A stretch of 64,000 bases of DNA from Lytechinus pictus (lineage: Eukaryota), in the NCBI RefSeq assembly GCF_037042905.1, contig NC_087252.1:10232001-10296000 (forward strand), in the 5' to 3' direction. The translations under genes and the position numbers were made by a program. The notes beneath the pieces were generated by a model that did no database searches, was not told the DNA's origin, and was given only the letters and a program-made list of their open reading frames with translations. Each line of letters starts with the position of its first letter. Position 1 is the first letter of the stretch. Shown here in pieces: positions 63,690 through 64,000 of the stretch.

Positions 63690-64000
63690 ATTTCTAGCCT
63701 GACTAGTAGTCCAGTAGATATGTGAAAAAGATGCTCGAATCTGGCAGAAAGTGTGAAAATTGGCTTACAGGGGTATTTTTGGGCGCTGATTTCAAAAATT
63801 GCCGGCCCCAAGCGATTTGACCATCGGGTCGGCCGCCATTTTGAAATCCAAGATGGCCGCCATGAAAAATCATCAAATGTCATTTTCTTGAGTTTTACAT
63901 GGCATGTGACACTGAAATTTGGCATATAGGGGTATTTTGAGGCACTGATTTCAAATATTGCCAGCCCCCAGCAATTTGACCATTTGTTCGGCGGCAAAAT
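63690..64000. mobile_element. End of a Helentron/HINE-like repeat with ~159-bp tandem units, truncated by the window edge
   Basis: Unit aggggtatttt..g.c.ctgatttcaaa.attgcc.gcccc repeats at 63769 and 63928; contains GCCGCCATTTTG...CAAGATGGCCGCC. Class is an inference. Confidence 0.55.

Overview
AT-rich, intron-containing animal DNA, most likely an echinoderm (sea urchin-like repeat landscape; inference). Hand splicing (GT-AG, phase-consistent) gives two complete GPI-anchored Ly6/uPAR three-finger genes arranged head-to-head (minus 11996-18222, 195 aa; plus 30434-39038, 114 aa). It also gives the signal-peptide exon of a probable third paralog (6298-6349, minus) and a 6-exon alpha-like glutathione S-transferase (minus 46660-60370, 231 aa) whose glutathione-site residues are partly replaced. 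The only long ORF (480-3848, minus) is an intact single-ORF L2-type LINE (APE endonuclease + RT). Its N-terminus carries a signal-peptide-like stretch followed by a 2A/StopGo-like motif (GDVQPNPGP), the most interesting signal in the window. The rest is a dense, often nested set of non-autonomous DNA transposons (TA, TTAA, 4-bp and 8-bp TSD classes), a young RTE insertion with a 13-bp TSD, decayed Tx1 and CR1-type LINEs, a SINE, a ~1.2-kb inverted duplication bracketing the 5' half of the GST gene, and a perfect 48-bp palindrome. Most short ORFs in the supplied track are spurious. No database searches were run.
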